Assembly: GCF_056746865.1 (NCBI RefSeq)
Contig: NZ_CM163382.1
Length of the DNA: 64,000 nucleotides
Direction: 5' to 3' (one strand)
The notes under the pieces were generated by a model. That model did not search any database. It had not been told where the DNA came from and worked only from the letters and a program-made list of their open reading frames with translations. This document shows positions 1 to 9,580 of this stretch, piece by piece; the first letter of the stretch is position 1, and every line of letters begins with the position of its first letter. The position numbers and the translations under genes are program-made.

Positions 1-281
1 CCGAAGTGGGCTATAGTCGGGCGCGAGTAATGAACGGTGGCGTTGATGCCGAAAAAGTGATTGGTATTTCCGGACATTTGCTGGCACCTGAGGTGTGTAT
101 TGTTGTTGGCGCTTCCGGCGCAGCAGCGTTAATGGCGGGCGTACGCAATAGCAAGTTTGTGGTGGCGATTAATCATGACGCCAGCGCGGCGGTATTTTCA
201 CAGGCAGATGTTGGCGTGGTTGATGACTGGAAAGCGGTGCTGGAGGCACTGGTGACAACCATTCACGCAGATTGCCAATAA
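1..281 (+). CDS. ygcQ: Electron-transfer-flavoprotein alpha-like protein, C-terminal part (5' end lies outside the window)
   Basis: ORF 6..281 with ETF-alpha-like C-terminus (GASGAAALMAGVRNSKFVVAINHDASAAVF); position and orientation fit the ygcQ-ygcP-ygcO-ygcN-queD order remembered from K-12. Confidence 0.55.
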   Translation, partial: EVGYSRARVMNGGVDAEKVIGISGHLLAPEVCIVVGASGAAALMAGVRNSKFVVAINHDASAAVFSQADVGVVDDWKAVLEALVTTIHADCQ

Positions 282-427
282 CGTGCTGCCGGATGATCCT
301 GCCTACGGTTCTGGCCTGGGGACTTGTAGGCCTGATAAGACGCGTCAAGCGTCGCATCAGACGCTGAATGTCGGATGTGGCGTGCAGCCTACAAATCACA
401 CAAATTCAATTCGTTACGATTATCCCG

Positions 428-1003
428 TCAAAGCAATTTTTTCGCTAGCGTCCAGACCCCGGTATTCGTGGTGGAAAGCGCCACGACACCTGCGTTAATC
501 GCATTACGCGCATCTTCTTCATCGCACACCAGCCCGCCAGCAATCAGCGGTTGGCGGATTTTCTCCGTCACCCAGCCCAGCACTTTGGGCATACAGCCTG
601 GCAGGATCTCAATACAATCCGGATTCGATTGCGCAACTTGCTTATCAATGTTGTGAAACGAAATTGAATCAACAATAAACAGGCGATGAATACAGAAAAA
701 ACCTTCCGCTCTTGCCGCTTTCAACATTGAGGCTTTGGTACTGATAATGCCGTCCGCCTCAGTCACCAGTTTCAAAAACTGAATCACCACTTCTTTATTT
801 GACGCGCCTTCCAGCAAATCAACATGAATAAAAGCATATTTTCCGGCGTTCTTAATCTTTTTAACGATATTACTGATGGTGCAGATATTGCCGTACAACA
901 CGGAAATAAACTGGCATTCAGAGTCGATTGCCAGTTGCAGGCTGGCATTATCTTTAACGGCAGCAATCACCGGATTCTGGCGGAGCAGGTGTAAGAGGGG
1001 CAT
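428..1003 (-). CDS. ygcP: GlpP-like antiterminator family protein
   Basis: 191 aa ORF; size and position match K-12 ygcP between ygcO and ygcQ. Confidence 0.6.
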   Translation of the reverse strand: MPLLHLLRQNPVIAAVKDNASLQLAIDSECQFISVLYGNICTISNIVKKIKNAGKYAFIHVDLLEGASNKEVVIQFLKLVTEADGIISTKASMLKAARAEGFFCIHRLFIVDSISFHNIDKQVAQSNPDCIEILPGCMPKVLGWVTEKIRQPLIAGGLVCDEEDARNAINAGVVALSTTNTGVWTLAKKLL

Positions 1004-1019
1004 AAATTATCCTTATTAT

Positions 1020-1280
1020 TTATCCAAAACGGTAGGTGATGCCGAATCCGGAAGGCGGATAGCGCCACTGTTGTAGTGTTGATTCGTCGCACAGCAAACG
1101 GCAGGTGCCACACTCCAGGCAGCCGCGATAATCAACGCGTAAGTCACCTTCCGGTGTGAGCGAAAAAAGACCAGCCGGACAAGCGTTAATCAACCGTTGT
1201 ACCGTCTGACGCTCAACGGAGTCAGCCGGAACAATGTGCGGCGCATCGGCAACGCGCCAGAGATTACGGGCTACAGACAT
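1020..1280 (-). CDS. ygcO: Ferredoxin-like protein
   Basis: ORF 1020..1316; internal start MSVARNLWRV gives an 86 aa product with the Cys cluster CLECGTCRLLC. The start is chosen to limit overlap with ygcN. Confidence 0.6.
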   Translation of the reverse strand: MSVARNLWRVADAPHIVPADSVERQTVQRLINACPAGLFSLTPEGDLRVDYRGCLECGTCRLLCDESTLQQWRYPPSGFGITYRFG

Positions 1281-2542
1281 CGCAGACTCATGATAACATC
1301 GCCCGCCAGATGCCACAGGCCGTGACGACGTAAATGACGCCAGAATAACTGGCGCAGCGGTGGAACAGGTTTATCACCCTGATCCCATAAATCACGGGAA
1401 ATATCCTGCATTAACGCAGGCCATGCACGGTACCATCCAGGGCGTTGCAAAAGCGCCGGAACATGCTGATAACGTTGTAGAACATCCCATAGCAGGCTGC
1501 GCTCTATGTTGTGATGATAAAGCGCAAACAGATTTTGCGGCTCGCGGTGCTGGCAGGCGCTTATCAGCGTTTGTGCCGCCGCCTGCGCGCCAGTCAGCGC
1601 CATATCCATGCCGCGCACGGAAATTCCGGTATTGACGCAACTGCGCAACGCATCGCCCAGCAGCAGCCAGCCGTTACCGGCGTATTGCACCGGCATACTG
1701 TGCAAGCCACCTTCTGGCACCAGATGCGCACCATACTCCAGTGATTCCGTGTTTTTGATAAGCGGGCGCACTGCCGGATGCGTTTTAAAGCGAGCCAGCA
1801 GCTCGCTTGCCGGAACACGACTTTGCGTAAGGGAAGAGAGCGGGCAAACAATCCCTAACGAGAGCGTTTGTTGATTAGTATAAAGAAATGTGCCGCCGGG
1901 TAAGTCATCACAGATCCCGCCGCTGAACAGCAACGCTGCGCCTTCGTTATTCTCCAGATGAAAACGTTCTTCAATAGCGGATGTTTCAAGCGCCAGCACT
2001 TCTTTGATCCCCAACGCCATCGCTTCGCCAGCAGGACGAGTCACTAACCCGTGACGTTCAGCCAGGACGCTGTTGGCTCCTTCTGCCAGCACCACATAAC
2101 GGGCGCGGAGAATATCGTCACCACAAATGACACCACACACCCTGCCGTTTTCTTCATACAGCGCATCCACCGTCGCACCGGGGATGCATTCGACACCTTC
2201 TTTTTCGGCTTCGGCAACCAGCCACGGATCGAACCGTGCACGTAATACACTCCAGGATTCACCGCCGGGCTGTAAGCTGGAAAACGTCGTTGCGCCATCC
2301 GGCGTTAACAGGGAAAGGCTTTCGTGAGTGATGCGTCGTTCAAGAGGCGCGGTCAGATGAAATTGTGGGAGGAGTTCCGCGAGCGCCTGGGTATATAAAC
2401 GCCCGCCGGAAAGATTTTTGCTGCCGGGGATTTCAGCGCGTTCCAGTAACAAAACGGATAAACCCGCTCGCGCGCAGCGTAACGCGCAAGCGGTGCCTGC
2501 AATACCGGCACCAATAATAATAATGTCGCAGTCGTCTTCCAT
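1271..2542 (-). CDS. ygcN: FAD-dependent oxidoreductase (FixC-like)
   Basis: ORF 1271..2572; start at MEDDCDIIIIGAGIAGTACAL (Rossmann GxGxxG FAD-binding motif) gives 423 aa. Confidence 0.7.
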   Translation of the reverse strand: MEDDCDIIIIGAGIAGTACALRCARAGLSVLLLERAEIPGSKNLSGGRLYTQALAELLPQFHLTAPLERRITHESLSLLTPDGATTFSSLQPGGESWSVLRARFDPWLVAEAEKEGVECIPGATVDALYEENGRVCGVICGDDILRARYVVLAEGANSVLAERHGLVTRPAGEAMALGIKEVLALETSAIEERFHLENNEGAALLFSGGICDDLPGGTFLYTNQQTLSLGIVCPLSSLTQSRVPASELLARFKTHPAVRPLIKNTESLEYGAHLVPEGGLHSMPVQYAGNGWLLLGDALRSCVNTGISVRGMDMALTGAQAAAQTLISACQHREPQNLFALYHHNIERSLLWDVLQRYQHVPALLQRPGWYRAWPALMQDISRDLWDQGDKPVPPLRQLFWRHLRRHGLWHLAGDVIMSLRCL

Positions 2543-2619
2543 GTCATGCCCCAGATATCCAGAACACAACACCCTAACATAGCGTTACTTAAGGGAAATT
2601 GACCGCCGACACACTCTTA

Positions 2620-2985
2620 TCATTCGCCGCGATAGATGCAACCTGCGGTGCAGGTTTCTTTCACCATAACCGCACTTAACAGCGGAACAACCGGTTTAAC
2701 CTGATCCCAAATCCATTTTGCTAAAACCTCGCTGGTCGGGTTTTCCAGGCCAGGAATATCATTGAGATAATAGTGATCGAGGCGCTCGTAGGTTGGCTTA
2801 AACGCCGCTTTTAGTTCAGCGAAATCGATAATCCAGCCCGTATGCGGATCGACTTCCCCGGTAATTTCCAGTCGCACCATAAAGGAATGCCCGTGCAGGC
2901 GACCACATTTATGCCCTTCCGGGACGTGTGGTAAGCGGTGAGCGGCTTCGAAGGTGAAATCTTTAAATAACGTGGTGGACATCAT
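2620..2985 (-). CDS. queD: 6-carboxy-5,6,7,8-tetrahydropterin synthase
   Basis: ORF 2620..3069; internal start [35 protein letters not shown] gives 121 aa with the QueD/PTPS His/Cys zinc-site pattern. Confidence 0.8.
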   Translation of the reverse strand: MMSTTLFKDFTFEAAHRLPHVPEGHKCGRLHGHSFMVRLEITGEVDPHTGWIIDFAELKAAFKPTYERLDHYYLNDIPGLENPTSEVLAKWIWDQVKPVVPLLSAVMVKETCTAGCIYRGE

Positions 2986-3099
2986 AATTTCTCTACAGGA
3001 CGATAAAACCGCCGTAGAGTACCGGAAAGGCTGTTTTTTCGCATTATCTAAAACGACTTTGTTGCGCAAAATCGCTGATTTATCTTAATGATTGGCTAA

Positions 3100-3300
3100 A
3101 TTCATTTGTTTTTCATTGGGTTGGTTAATCTGTTTTGTTGTTAAAGACTATTGCTAAAACAGGTTAGTCGATTTGGTTATTAGTTATCGCTATCCCGTCT
3201 TTAATCCACACCGTTCACCCCGTTAACCTTACCTTCTCTTCTGTTTTATGGGCGCTGACAGGGCGCAGAAACAGCTTTGCTTACTGGAACATAACGACGC
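3100..3300 (+). promoter_or_regulatory. AT-rich cysJIH upstream control region (expected CysB-activated promoter)
   Basis: About 230 bp AT-rich non-coding spacer between divergent queD and cysJ. The promoter assignment comes from knowledge of the cys regulon; I did not map individual sites. Confidence 0.3.
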
Positions 3301-5100
3301 ATGACGACACAGGTCCCACCTTCCGCGTTGCTTCCGTTGAACCCGGAGCAACTGGCACGCCTTCAGGCGGCCACGACCGATTTAACTCCCACCCAGCTTG
3401 CCTGGGTTTCTGGCTATTTCTGGGGCGTGCTCAACCAGCAGCCTGCTGCGCTTGCAGCGACGCCAGCGCCCGCCGCAGAAATGCCGGGTATAACTATTAT
3501 CTCCGCCTCGCAAACCGGCAATGCGCGCCGGGTTGCTGAAGCATTACGCGATGATTTATTGGCGGCAAAACTGAACGTTAAGCTGGTGAACGCGGGCGAC
3601 TATAAATTCAAACAAATCGCCAGCGAAAAACTGCTTATCGTGGTGACGTCAACGCAAGGGGAAGGGGAACCGCCGGAAGAAGCCGTCGCGCTGCATAAGT
3701 TCCTGTTCTCCAAAAAAGCGCCGAAGCTGGAAAACACCGCATTTGCCGTGTTTAGCCTCGGCGATAGCTCTTATGAATTTTTCTGCCAGTCCGGGAAAGA
3801 TTTTGACAGCAAGCTGGCGGAACTGGGCGGTGAACGCCTGCTCGACCGTGTCGATGCCGACGTTGAATACCAGGCTGCTGCCATCGAGTGGCGCGCCCGC
3901 GTGGTTGATGTTCTGAAGTCCCGTGCGCCTGTCGCGGCACCTTCGCAATCCGTCGCTACTGGCGCGGTAAATGAAATCCACACCAGCCCGTACAGCAAAG
4001 ACGCGCCGCTGGTGGCGAGCCTTTCGGTTAACCAGAAAATTACCGGGCGTAACTCTGAAAAAGACGTTCGCCATATCGAAATTGACTTAGGTGACTCTGG
4101 CCTGCGTTATCAGCCGGGTGACGCGCTGGGCATATGGTATCAGAACGATCCGGCACTGGTGAAAGAACTTGTCGAACTGCTGTGGCTGAAAGGCGATGAA
4201 ACTGTCACCGTTGACGGCAAAACGCTGACCCTGAGCGAAGCGCTCCAGTGGCACTTTGAACTGACCGTCAACACCGCCAACATTGTTGAGAACTACGCCA
4301 CGCTTACCCGCAGCGAAACGCTGCTGCCGCTGGTGGGCGATAAAGCGAAGTTACAGCATTACGCCGCGACCACGCCGATTGTTGACATGGTGCGTTTCTC
4401 TCCGGCGCAACTGGATGCCGAAGCGCTGATTAATCTGCTGCGCCCGCTGACCCCGCGCCTGTATTCCATCGCCTCCTCGCAGGCGGAAGTCGAGAACGAA
4501 GTGCACGTTACCGTTGGTGTGGTGCGTTACGACGTGGAAGGCCGCGCCCGTGCGGGTGGTGCCTCCAGCTTCCTCGCGGATCGTGTGGAAGAAGAGGGTG
4601 AAGTCCGCGTCTTTATCGAACATAACGATAACTTCCGCCTGCCAGCCAATCCGGAAACGTCGGTGATTATGATTGGCCCAGGCACCGGCATCGCGCCGTT
4701 CCGCGCCTTTATGCAGCAACGCGCCGCCGACGAAGCGCCGGGGAAAAACTGGCTGTTCTTTGGCAACCCGCACTTTACGGAAGATTTCCTCTACCAGGTG
4801 GAATGGCAGCGCTACGTCAAAGAGGGCGTGCTGACGCGTATCGATCTTGCCTGGTCGCGCGATCAAAAAGAAAAAATTTACGTACAAGACAAACTGCGCG
4901 AACAGGGCGCGGAGCTGTGGCGCTGGATCAATGACGGTGCCCACATTTATGTCTGCGGCGACGCTAATCGCATGGCGAAAGATGTTGAGCAGGCACTTCT
5001 GGAAGTGATTGCCGAATTTGGTGGCATGGACACCGAAGCGGCGGATGAATTTTTAAGTGAGCTGCGCGTAGAGCGCCGTTATCAGCGAGATGTCTACTAA
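3301..5100 (+). CDS. cysJ: Sulfite reductase [NADPH] flavoprotein alpha subunit
   Basis: 599 aa ORF with an N-terminal flavodoxin-like segment and a C-terminal FAD/NADPH reductase region ([20 protein letters not shown]); stop overlaps the cysI start. Confidence 0.95.
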   Translation: MTTQVPPSALLPLNPEQLARLQAATTDLTPTQLAWVSGYFWGVLNQQPAALAATPAPAAEMPGITIISASQTGNARRVAEALRDDLLAAKLNVKLVNAGDYKFKQIASEKLLIVVTSTQGEGEPPEEAVALHKFLFSKKAPKLENTAFAVFSLGDSSYEFFCQSGKDFDSKLAELGGERLLDRVDADVEYQAAAIEWRARVVDVLKSRAPVAAPSQSVATGAVNEIHTSPYSKDAPLVASLSVNQKITGRNSEKDVRHIEIDLGDSGLRYQPGDALGIWYQNDPALVKELVELLWLKGDETVTVDGKTLTLSEALQWHFELTVNTANIVENYATLTRSETLLPLVGDKAKLQHYAATTPIVDMVRFSPAQLDAEALINLLRPLTPRLYSIASSQAEVENEVHVTVGVVRYDVEGRARAGGASSFLADRVEEEGEVRVFIEHNDNFRLPANPETSVIMIGPGTGIAPFRAFMQQRAADEAPGKNWLFFGNPHFTEDFLYQVEWQRYVKEGVLTRIDLAWSRDQKEKIYVQDKLREQGAELWRWINDGAHIYVCGDANRMAKDVEQALLEVIAEFGGMDTEAADEFLSELRVERRYQRDVY

Positions 5101-6812
5101 TGAGCGAAAAACATCCAGGGCCTTTAGTGGTCGAAGGAAAACTGACAGACGCCGAGCGCATGAAGCTTGAAAGCAACTACCTGCGCGGCACCATTGCGGA
5201 AGATTTAAACGACGGTCTGACCGGCGGCTTTAAGGGCGATAACTTTCTGCTGATCCGCTTCCACGGCATGTATCAACAGGATGACCGCGACATTCGCGCC
5301 GAACGTGCTGAACAGAAGCTGGAGCCGCGCCACGCGATGCTGTTGCGCTGCCGTCTGCCGGGTGGCGTGATCACCACCAAACAGTGGCAGGCGATCGATA
5401 AATTTGCCGGTGAAAACACCATTTATGGCAGCATTCGCCTGACCAACCGCCAGACGTTCCAGTTCCACGGCATTCTGAAAAAGAACGTCAAACCGGTGCA
5501 CCAGATGCTGCACTCGGTCGGTCTTGATGCGCTGGCGACTGCTAACGACATGAACCGTAACGTACTCTGCACCTCGAACCCTTACGAGTCGCAGTTGCAC
5601 GCGGAAGCATATGAATGGGCGAAGAAAATCTCTGAACATCTGCTGCCGCGTACCCGCGCGTATGCGGAGATCTGGCTCGATCAGGAAAAAGTCGCCACCA
5701 CCGATGAAGAACCGATCCTCGGTCAGACTTATTTGCCGCGTAAATTCAAAACCACGGTAGTGATCCCGCCGCAGAACGATATCGATCTGCACGCCAACGA
5801 CATGAACTTCGTGGCGATCGCCGAAAACGGCAAGCTGGTGGGCTTTAACCTGCTGGTGGGCGGTGGGCTTTCCATCGAGCACGGCAACAAGAAAACCTAC
5901 GCCCGCACGGCGAGTGAGTTTGGTTATCTGCCGCTGGAGCATACGCTGGCGGTGGCAGAAGCCGTCGTGACGACTCAGCGCGACTGGGGTAACCGTACCG
6001 ATCGTAAAAATGCCAAAACCAAATACACGCTGGAGCGCGTGGGGGTTGAGACGTTTAAAGCGGAAGTGGAGCGTCGCGCGGGGATCAAATTTGAACCGAT
6101 CCGTCCATATGAGTTCACCGGACGCGGCGATCGTATTGGCTGGGTTAAAGGCATTGATGATAACTGGCACCTGACGCTGTTTATCGAAAATGGTCGCATC
6201 CTTGATTATCCTGGGCGTCCGCTGAAAACCGGCCTGCTGGAGATCGCGAAGATCCACAAAGGTGATTTCCGCATTACGGCGAACCAGAATCTGATCATCG
6301 CCGGAGTGCCGGAAAGCGAGAAAGCGAAGATCGAGAAGATCGCCAAAGAGAGCGGGTTAATGAATGCCGTCACGCCACAGCGTGAAAACTCAATGGCCTG
6401 CGTGTCATTCCCGACTTGCCCGCTGGCGATGGCCGAAGCGGAGCGTTTCCTGCCGTCTTTTATCGACAACATCGATAATTTAATGGCGAAACATGGTGTC
6501 AGCGATGAGCATATCGTGATGCGTGTAACAGGCTGCCCGAACGGTTGTGGTCGCGCGATGCTGGCGGAAGTGGGCCTGGTGGGTAAAGCGCCGGGTCGCT
6601 ACAACCTGCATCTTGGCGGCAACCGCATTGGGACACGTATCCCACGGATGTATAAAGAAAACATCACCGAACCGGAAATCCTGGCGTCGCTTGATGAACT
6701 GATAGGGCGCTGGGCGAAAGAGCGCGAAGCGGGTGAAGGCTTCGGCGACTTTACGGTGCGTGCGGGCATCATTCGCCCGGTGCTCGATCCGGCGCGCGAT
6801 TTGTGGGATTAA
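5100..6812 (+). CDS. cysI: Sulfite reductase [NADPH] hemoprotein beta subunit
   Basis: 570 aa ORF with siroheme/4Fe-4S Cys motifs ([26 protein letters not shown]); start overlaps the cysJ stop at 5100. Confidence 0.95.
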   Translation: MSEKHPGPLVVEGKLTDAERMKLESNYLRGTIAEDLNDGLTGGFKGDNFLLIRFHGMYQQDDRDIRAERAEQKLEPRHAMLLRCRLPGGVITTKQWQAIDKFAGENTIYGSIRLTNRQTFQFHGILKKNVKPVHQMLHSVGLDALATANDMNRNVLCTSNPYESQLHAEAYEWAKKISEHLLPRTRAYAEIWLDQEKVATTDEEPILGQTYLPRKFKTTVVIPPQNDIDLHANDMNFVAIAENGKLVGFNLLVGGGLSIEHGNKKTYARTASEFGYLPLEHTLAVAEAVVTTQRDWGNRTDRKNAKTKYTLERVGVETFKAEVERRAGIKFEPIRPYEFTGRGDRIGWVKGIDDNWHLTLFIENGRILDYPGRPLKTGLLEIAKIHKGDFRITANQNLIIAGVPESEKAKIEKIAKESGLMNAVTPQRENSMACVSFPTCPLAMAEAERFLPSFIDNIDNLMAKHGVSDEHIVMRVTGCPNGCGRAMLAEVGLVGKAPGRYNLHLGGNRIGTRIPRMYKENITEPEILASLDELIGRWAKEREAGEGFGDFTVRAGIIRPVLDPARDLWD

Positions 6813-6870
6813 CCATCAGCCCGGTCTTGTAGGCCTGATAAGACGCGTGAGCGTCGCATCAGGCAAGGCA
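6813..6870. repeat. REP-type palindromic element in the cysI-cysH spacer
   Basis: Sequence gtaggcctgataagacgcgtgagcgtcgcatcaggc; near-identical copies occur at about 290-370 and 48550-48690. Confidence 0.5.
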
Positions 6871-6885
6871 AACAGTGAGGAATCT

Positions 6886-7620
6886 ATGTCCAAACTCGAT
6901 CTAAACGCCCTGAACGAACTGCCGAAGGTAGATCGCATTCTGGCGCTGGCAGAAACTAACGCCGAACTGGAAAAACTGGACGCTGAAGGCCGCGTTGCCT
7001 GGGCGCTGGATAATCTGCCCGGTGAATATGTACTTTCTTCCAGTTTCGGCATTCAGGCGGCGGTGAGCCTGCATCTGGTGAATCAGATTCGCCCGGATAT
7101 TCCAGTGATCCTCACCGATACGGGTTACTTGTTCCCGGAAACCTACCGCTTTATTGACGAGTTAACGGACAAACTCAAACTCAACCTGAAAGTGTACCGT
7201 GCTACCGAAAGCGCAGCCTGGCAGGAAGCACGCTACGGTAAACTATGGGAGCAGGGCGTTGAAGGCATTGAAAAGTACAATGACATCAACAAAGTCGAAC
7301 CGATGAACCGGGCGCTGAAAGAACTGAATGCGCAAACGTGGTTTGCTGGCCTGCGCCGCGAACAATCCGGCAGTCGCGCCAATTTACCGGTGCTGGCAAT
7401 TCAGCGTGGCGTATTTAAAGTGCTGCCGATTATCGACTGGGATAACCGAACGATATATCAGTATCTGCAAAAACATGGCCTGAAATATCACCCATTATGG
7501 GATGAAGGATATTTATCGGTCGGTGATACCCATACAACCCGTAAATGGGAACCCGGCATGGCGGAAGAAGAAACGCGTTTCTTTGGCTTAAAAAGAGAAT
7601 GTGGGTTACACGAAGGGTAA
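6886..7620 (+). CDS. cysH: Phosphoadenosine phosphosulfate (PAPS) reductase
   Basis: ORF 6733..7620; start at [15 protein letters not shown] gives 244 aa with the C-terminal ECGLH motif of PAPS reductases. Confidence 0.95.
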   Translation: MSKLDLNALNELPKVDRILALAETNAELEKLDAEGRVAWALDNLPGEYVLSSSFGIQAAVSLHLVNQIRPDIPVILTDTGYLFPETYRFIDELTDKLKLNLKVYRATESAAWQEARYGKLWEQGVEGIEKYNDINKVEPMNRALKELNAQTWFAGLRREQSGSRANLPVLAIQRGVFKVLPIIDWDNRTIYQYLQKHGLKYHPLWDEGYLSVGDTHTTRKWEPGMAEEETRFFGLKRECGLHEG

Positions 7621-7637
7621 ATATTGCCGGATAAATT

Positions 7638-7676
7638 AAACGCCTCTGTCAGAAATGATGGGGGCGTTTTTATTTT
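7638..7676 (+). terminator. Probable intrinsic terminator after cysH
   Basis: Stem aacgcc...ggcgtt followed by a T-run (ggcgtttttatttt) about 20 bp after the cysH stop. Confidence 0.4.
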
Positions 7677-7883
7677 GCGAGCAGCATTCCTGATTTTAAA
7701 CGTGAACGCCGCTGGAAGAATTATCAGGTATAGAATGGCGTTGGGTGCTTGAGGCTGTCTGGCGTTAAGCATTCGCGAGGTTCCAGATGGACAAAAGCCC
7801 CAGGCGATATTTCTATCAACCTGAGGCCAGCGTTCGAACCTAAGCAATTCGAATGTTAGTCTCTTCTTTGCAGGGAGGCAAGA

Positions 7884-8036
7884 CATGCTGACAAAATATG
7901 CCCTTGTGGCAATCATCGTACTGTGTTGTACAGTACTGGGATTCACGCTGATGGTAGGCGACTCGTTGTGTGAGTTGAGTATCAGAGAACGTGGTATGGA
8001 GTTTAAGGCAGTTCTCGCTTACGAATCGAAGAAGTA
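7884..8036 (+). CDS. hokX: Hok/Gef-family small membrane toxin (type I toxin-antitoxin locus)
   Basis: 50 aa ORF ([50 protein letters not shown]) with a hydrophobic N-terminus and conserved Cys, typical of Hok proteins; SD ggagg 6 nt upstream. Absent from the ORF track because it is under 60 aa. Confidence 0.6.
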
Positions 8037-8058
8037 GCCACCACGCGGGGGTAAAACC

Positions 8059-9397
8059 CATAAGCGCTAACTTAAGGGTTGTGGTATTACGCCTGATATG
8101 ATTTAACGTGCCGATGAATTACTCTCACGATAACTGGTCAGCAATTCTGGCCCATATTGGTAAGCCCGAAGAACTGGATACTTCGGCACGTAATGCCGGG
8201 GCTCTAACCCGCCGCCGCGAAATTCGTGATGCTGCAACTCTGCTACGTCTGGGGCTGGCTTACGGCCCCGGGGGGATGTCATTACGTGAAGTCACTGCAT
8301 GGGCTCAGCTCCATGACGTTGCAACATTATCTGACGTGGCTCTCCTGAAGCGGCTGCGGAATGCCGCCGACTGGTTTGGCATACTTGCCGCACAAACACT
8401 TGCTGTACGCGCCGCAGTTACGGGTTGTACAAGCGGAAAGAGATTGCGTCTTGTCGATGGAACAGCAATCAGTGCGCCCGGGGGCGGCAGCGCTGAATGG
8501 CGACTACATATGGGATATGATCCTCATACCTGTCAGTTCACTGATTTTGAGCTAACCGACAGCAGAGACGCTGAACGGCTGGACCGATTTGCGCAAACGG
8601 CAGACGAGATACGCATTGCTGACCGGGGATTCGGTTCGCGTCCCGAATGTATCCGCTCACTTGCTTTTGGAGAAGCTGATTATATCGTCCGGGTTCACTG
8701 GCGAGGATTGCGCTGGTTAACTGCAGAAGGAATGCGCTTTGACATGATGGGTTTTCTGCGCGGGCTGGATTGCGGTAAGAACGGTGAAACCACTGTAATG
8801 ATAGGCAATTCAGGTAATAAAAAAGCCGGAGCTCCTTTTCCGGCACGTCTCATTGCCGTATCACTTCCTCCCGAAAAAGCATTAATCAGTAAAACCCGAC
8901 TGCTCAGCGAGAATCGTCGAAAAGGACGAGTAGTTCAGGCGGAAACGCTGGAAGCAGCGGGCCATGTGCTATTGCTAACATCATTACCGGAAGATGAATA
9001 TTCAGCAGAGCAAGTGGCTGATTGTTACCGTCTGCGATGGCAAATTGAACTGGCTTTTAAGCGGCTCAAAAGTTTGCTGCACCTGGATGCTTTGCGTGCA
9101 AAGGAACCTGAACTCGCGAAAGCGTGGATATTTGCTAATCTACTCGCCGCATTTTTAATTGACGACATAATCCAGCCATCGCTGGATTTCCCCCCCAGAA
9201 GTGCCGGATCCGAAAAGAAGAACTAACTCGTTGTGGAGAATAACAAAAATGGTCATCTGGAGCTTACAGGTGGCCATTCGTGGGACAGTATCCCTGACAG
9301 CCTACAAAACGCAATTGAAGAACGCGAGGCATCGTCTTAACGAGGCACCGAGGCGTCGCATTCTTCAGATGGTTCAACCCTTAAGTTAGCGCTTATG
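8059..9397 (+). mobile_element. IS186 (IS4 family) insertion sequence
   Basis: 23-bp terminal inverted repeats cataagcgctaacttaagggttg (8059-8081) and its reverse complement (9375-9397), flanked by duplicated ggggtaaaacc; total 1339 bp. Confidence 0.8.
8108..9226 (+). CDS. insL: IS186 transposase
   Basis: 372 aa ORF filling the space between the inverted repeats; recognised as the IS186/IS4-family DDE transposase from memory. Confidence 0.85.
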   Translation: MPMNYSHDNWSAILAHIGKPEELDTSARNAGALTRRREIRDAATLLRLGLAYGPGGMSLREVTAWAQLHDVATLSDVALLKRLRNAADWFGILAAQTLAVRAAVTGCTSGKRLRLVDGTAISAPGGGSAEWRLHMGYDPHTCQFTDFELTDSRDAERLDRFAQTADEIRIADRGFGSRPECIRSLAFGEADYIVRVHWRGLRWLTAEGMRFDMMGFLRGLDCGKNGETTVMIGNSGNKKAGAPFPARLIAVSLPPEKALISKTRLLSENRRKGRVVQAETLEAAGHVLLLTSLPEDEYSAEQVADCYRLRWQIELAFKRLKSLLHLDALRAKEPELAKAWIFANLLAAFLIDDIIQPSLDFPPRSAGSEKKN

Positions 9398-9419
9398 GGG
9401 TAAAACCCCGCGTATTGAA

Positions 9420-9580
9420 TTGTGATGGTTTGGTCTCCTGCACCCTTTTTTAATTTATATTGTTTATGTGAATATTATGCCTATGTTTATTATTCATATA
9501 TATTACTGATGAAAATTATTTGATTATTCATAATGTAAATATTTTATTGGACGATATATATCACAGATAATTTTTAATAT
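9420..9580 (+). promoter_or_regulatory. Extremely AT-rich cas3 upstream region (likely H-NS-silenced promoter)
   Basis: About 160 bp of more than 80% A+T immediately upstream of cas3; cas promoters in E. coli are known H-NS targets. Confidence 0.35.

Noticed and set aside
5205-6257. 350 aa ORF antisense to cysI
   Set aside because: Shadow ORF inside a well-supported gene; Arg/Gln-rich translation typical of a GC-rich antisense frame.
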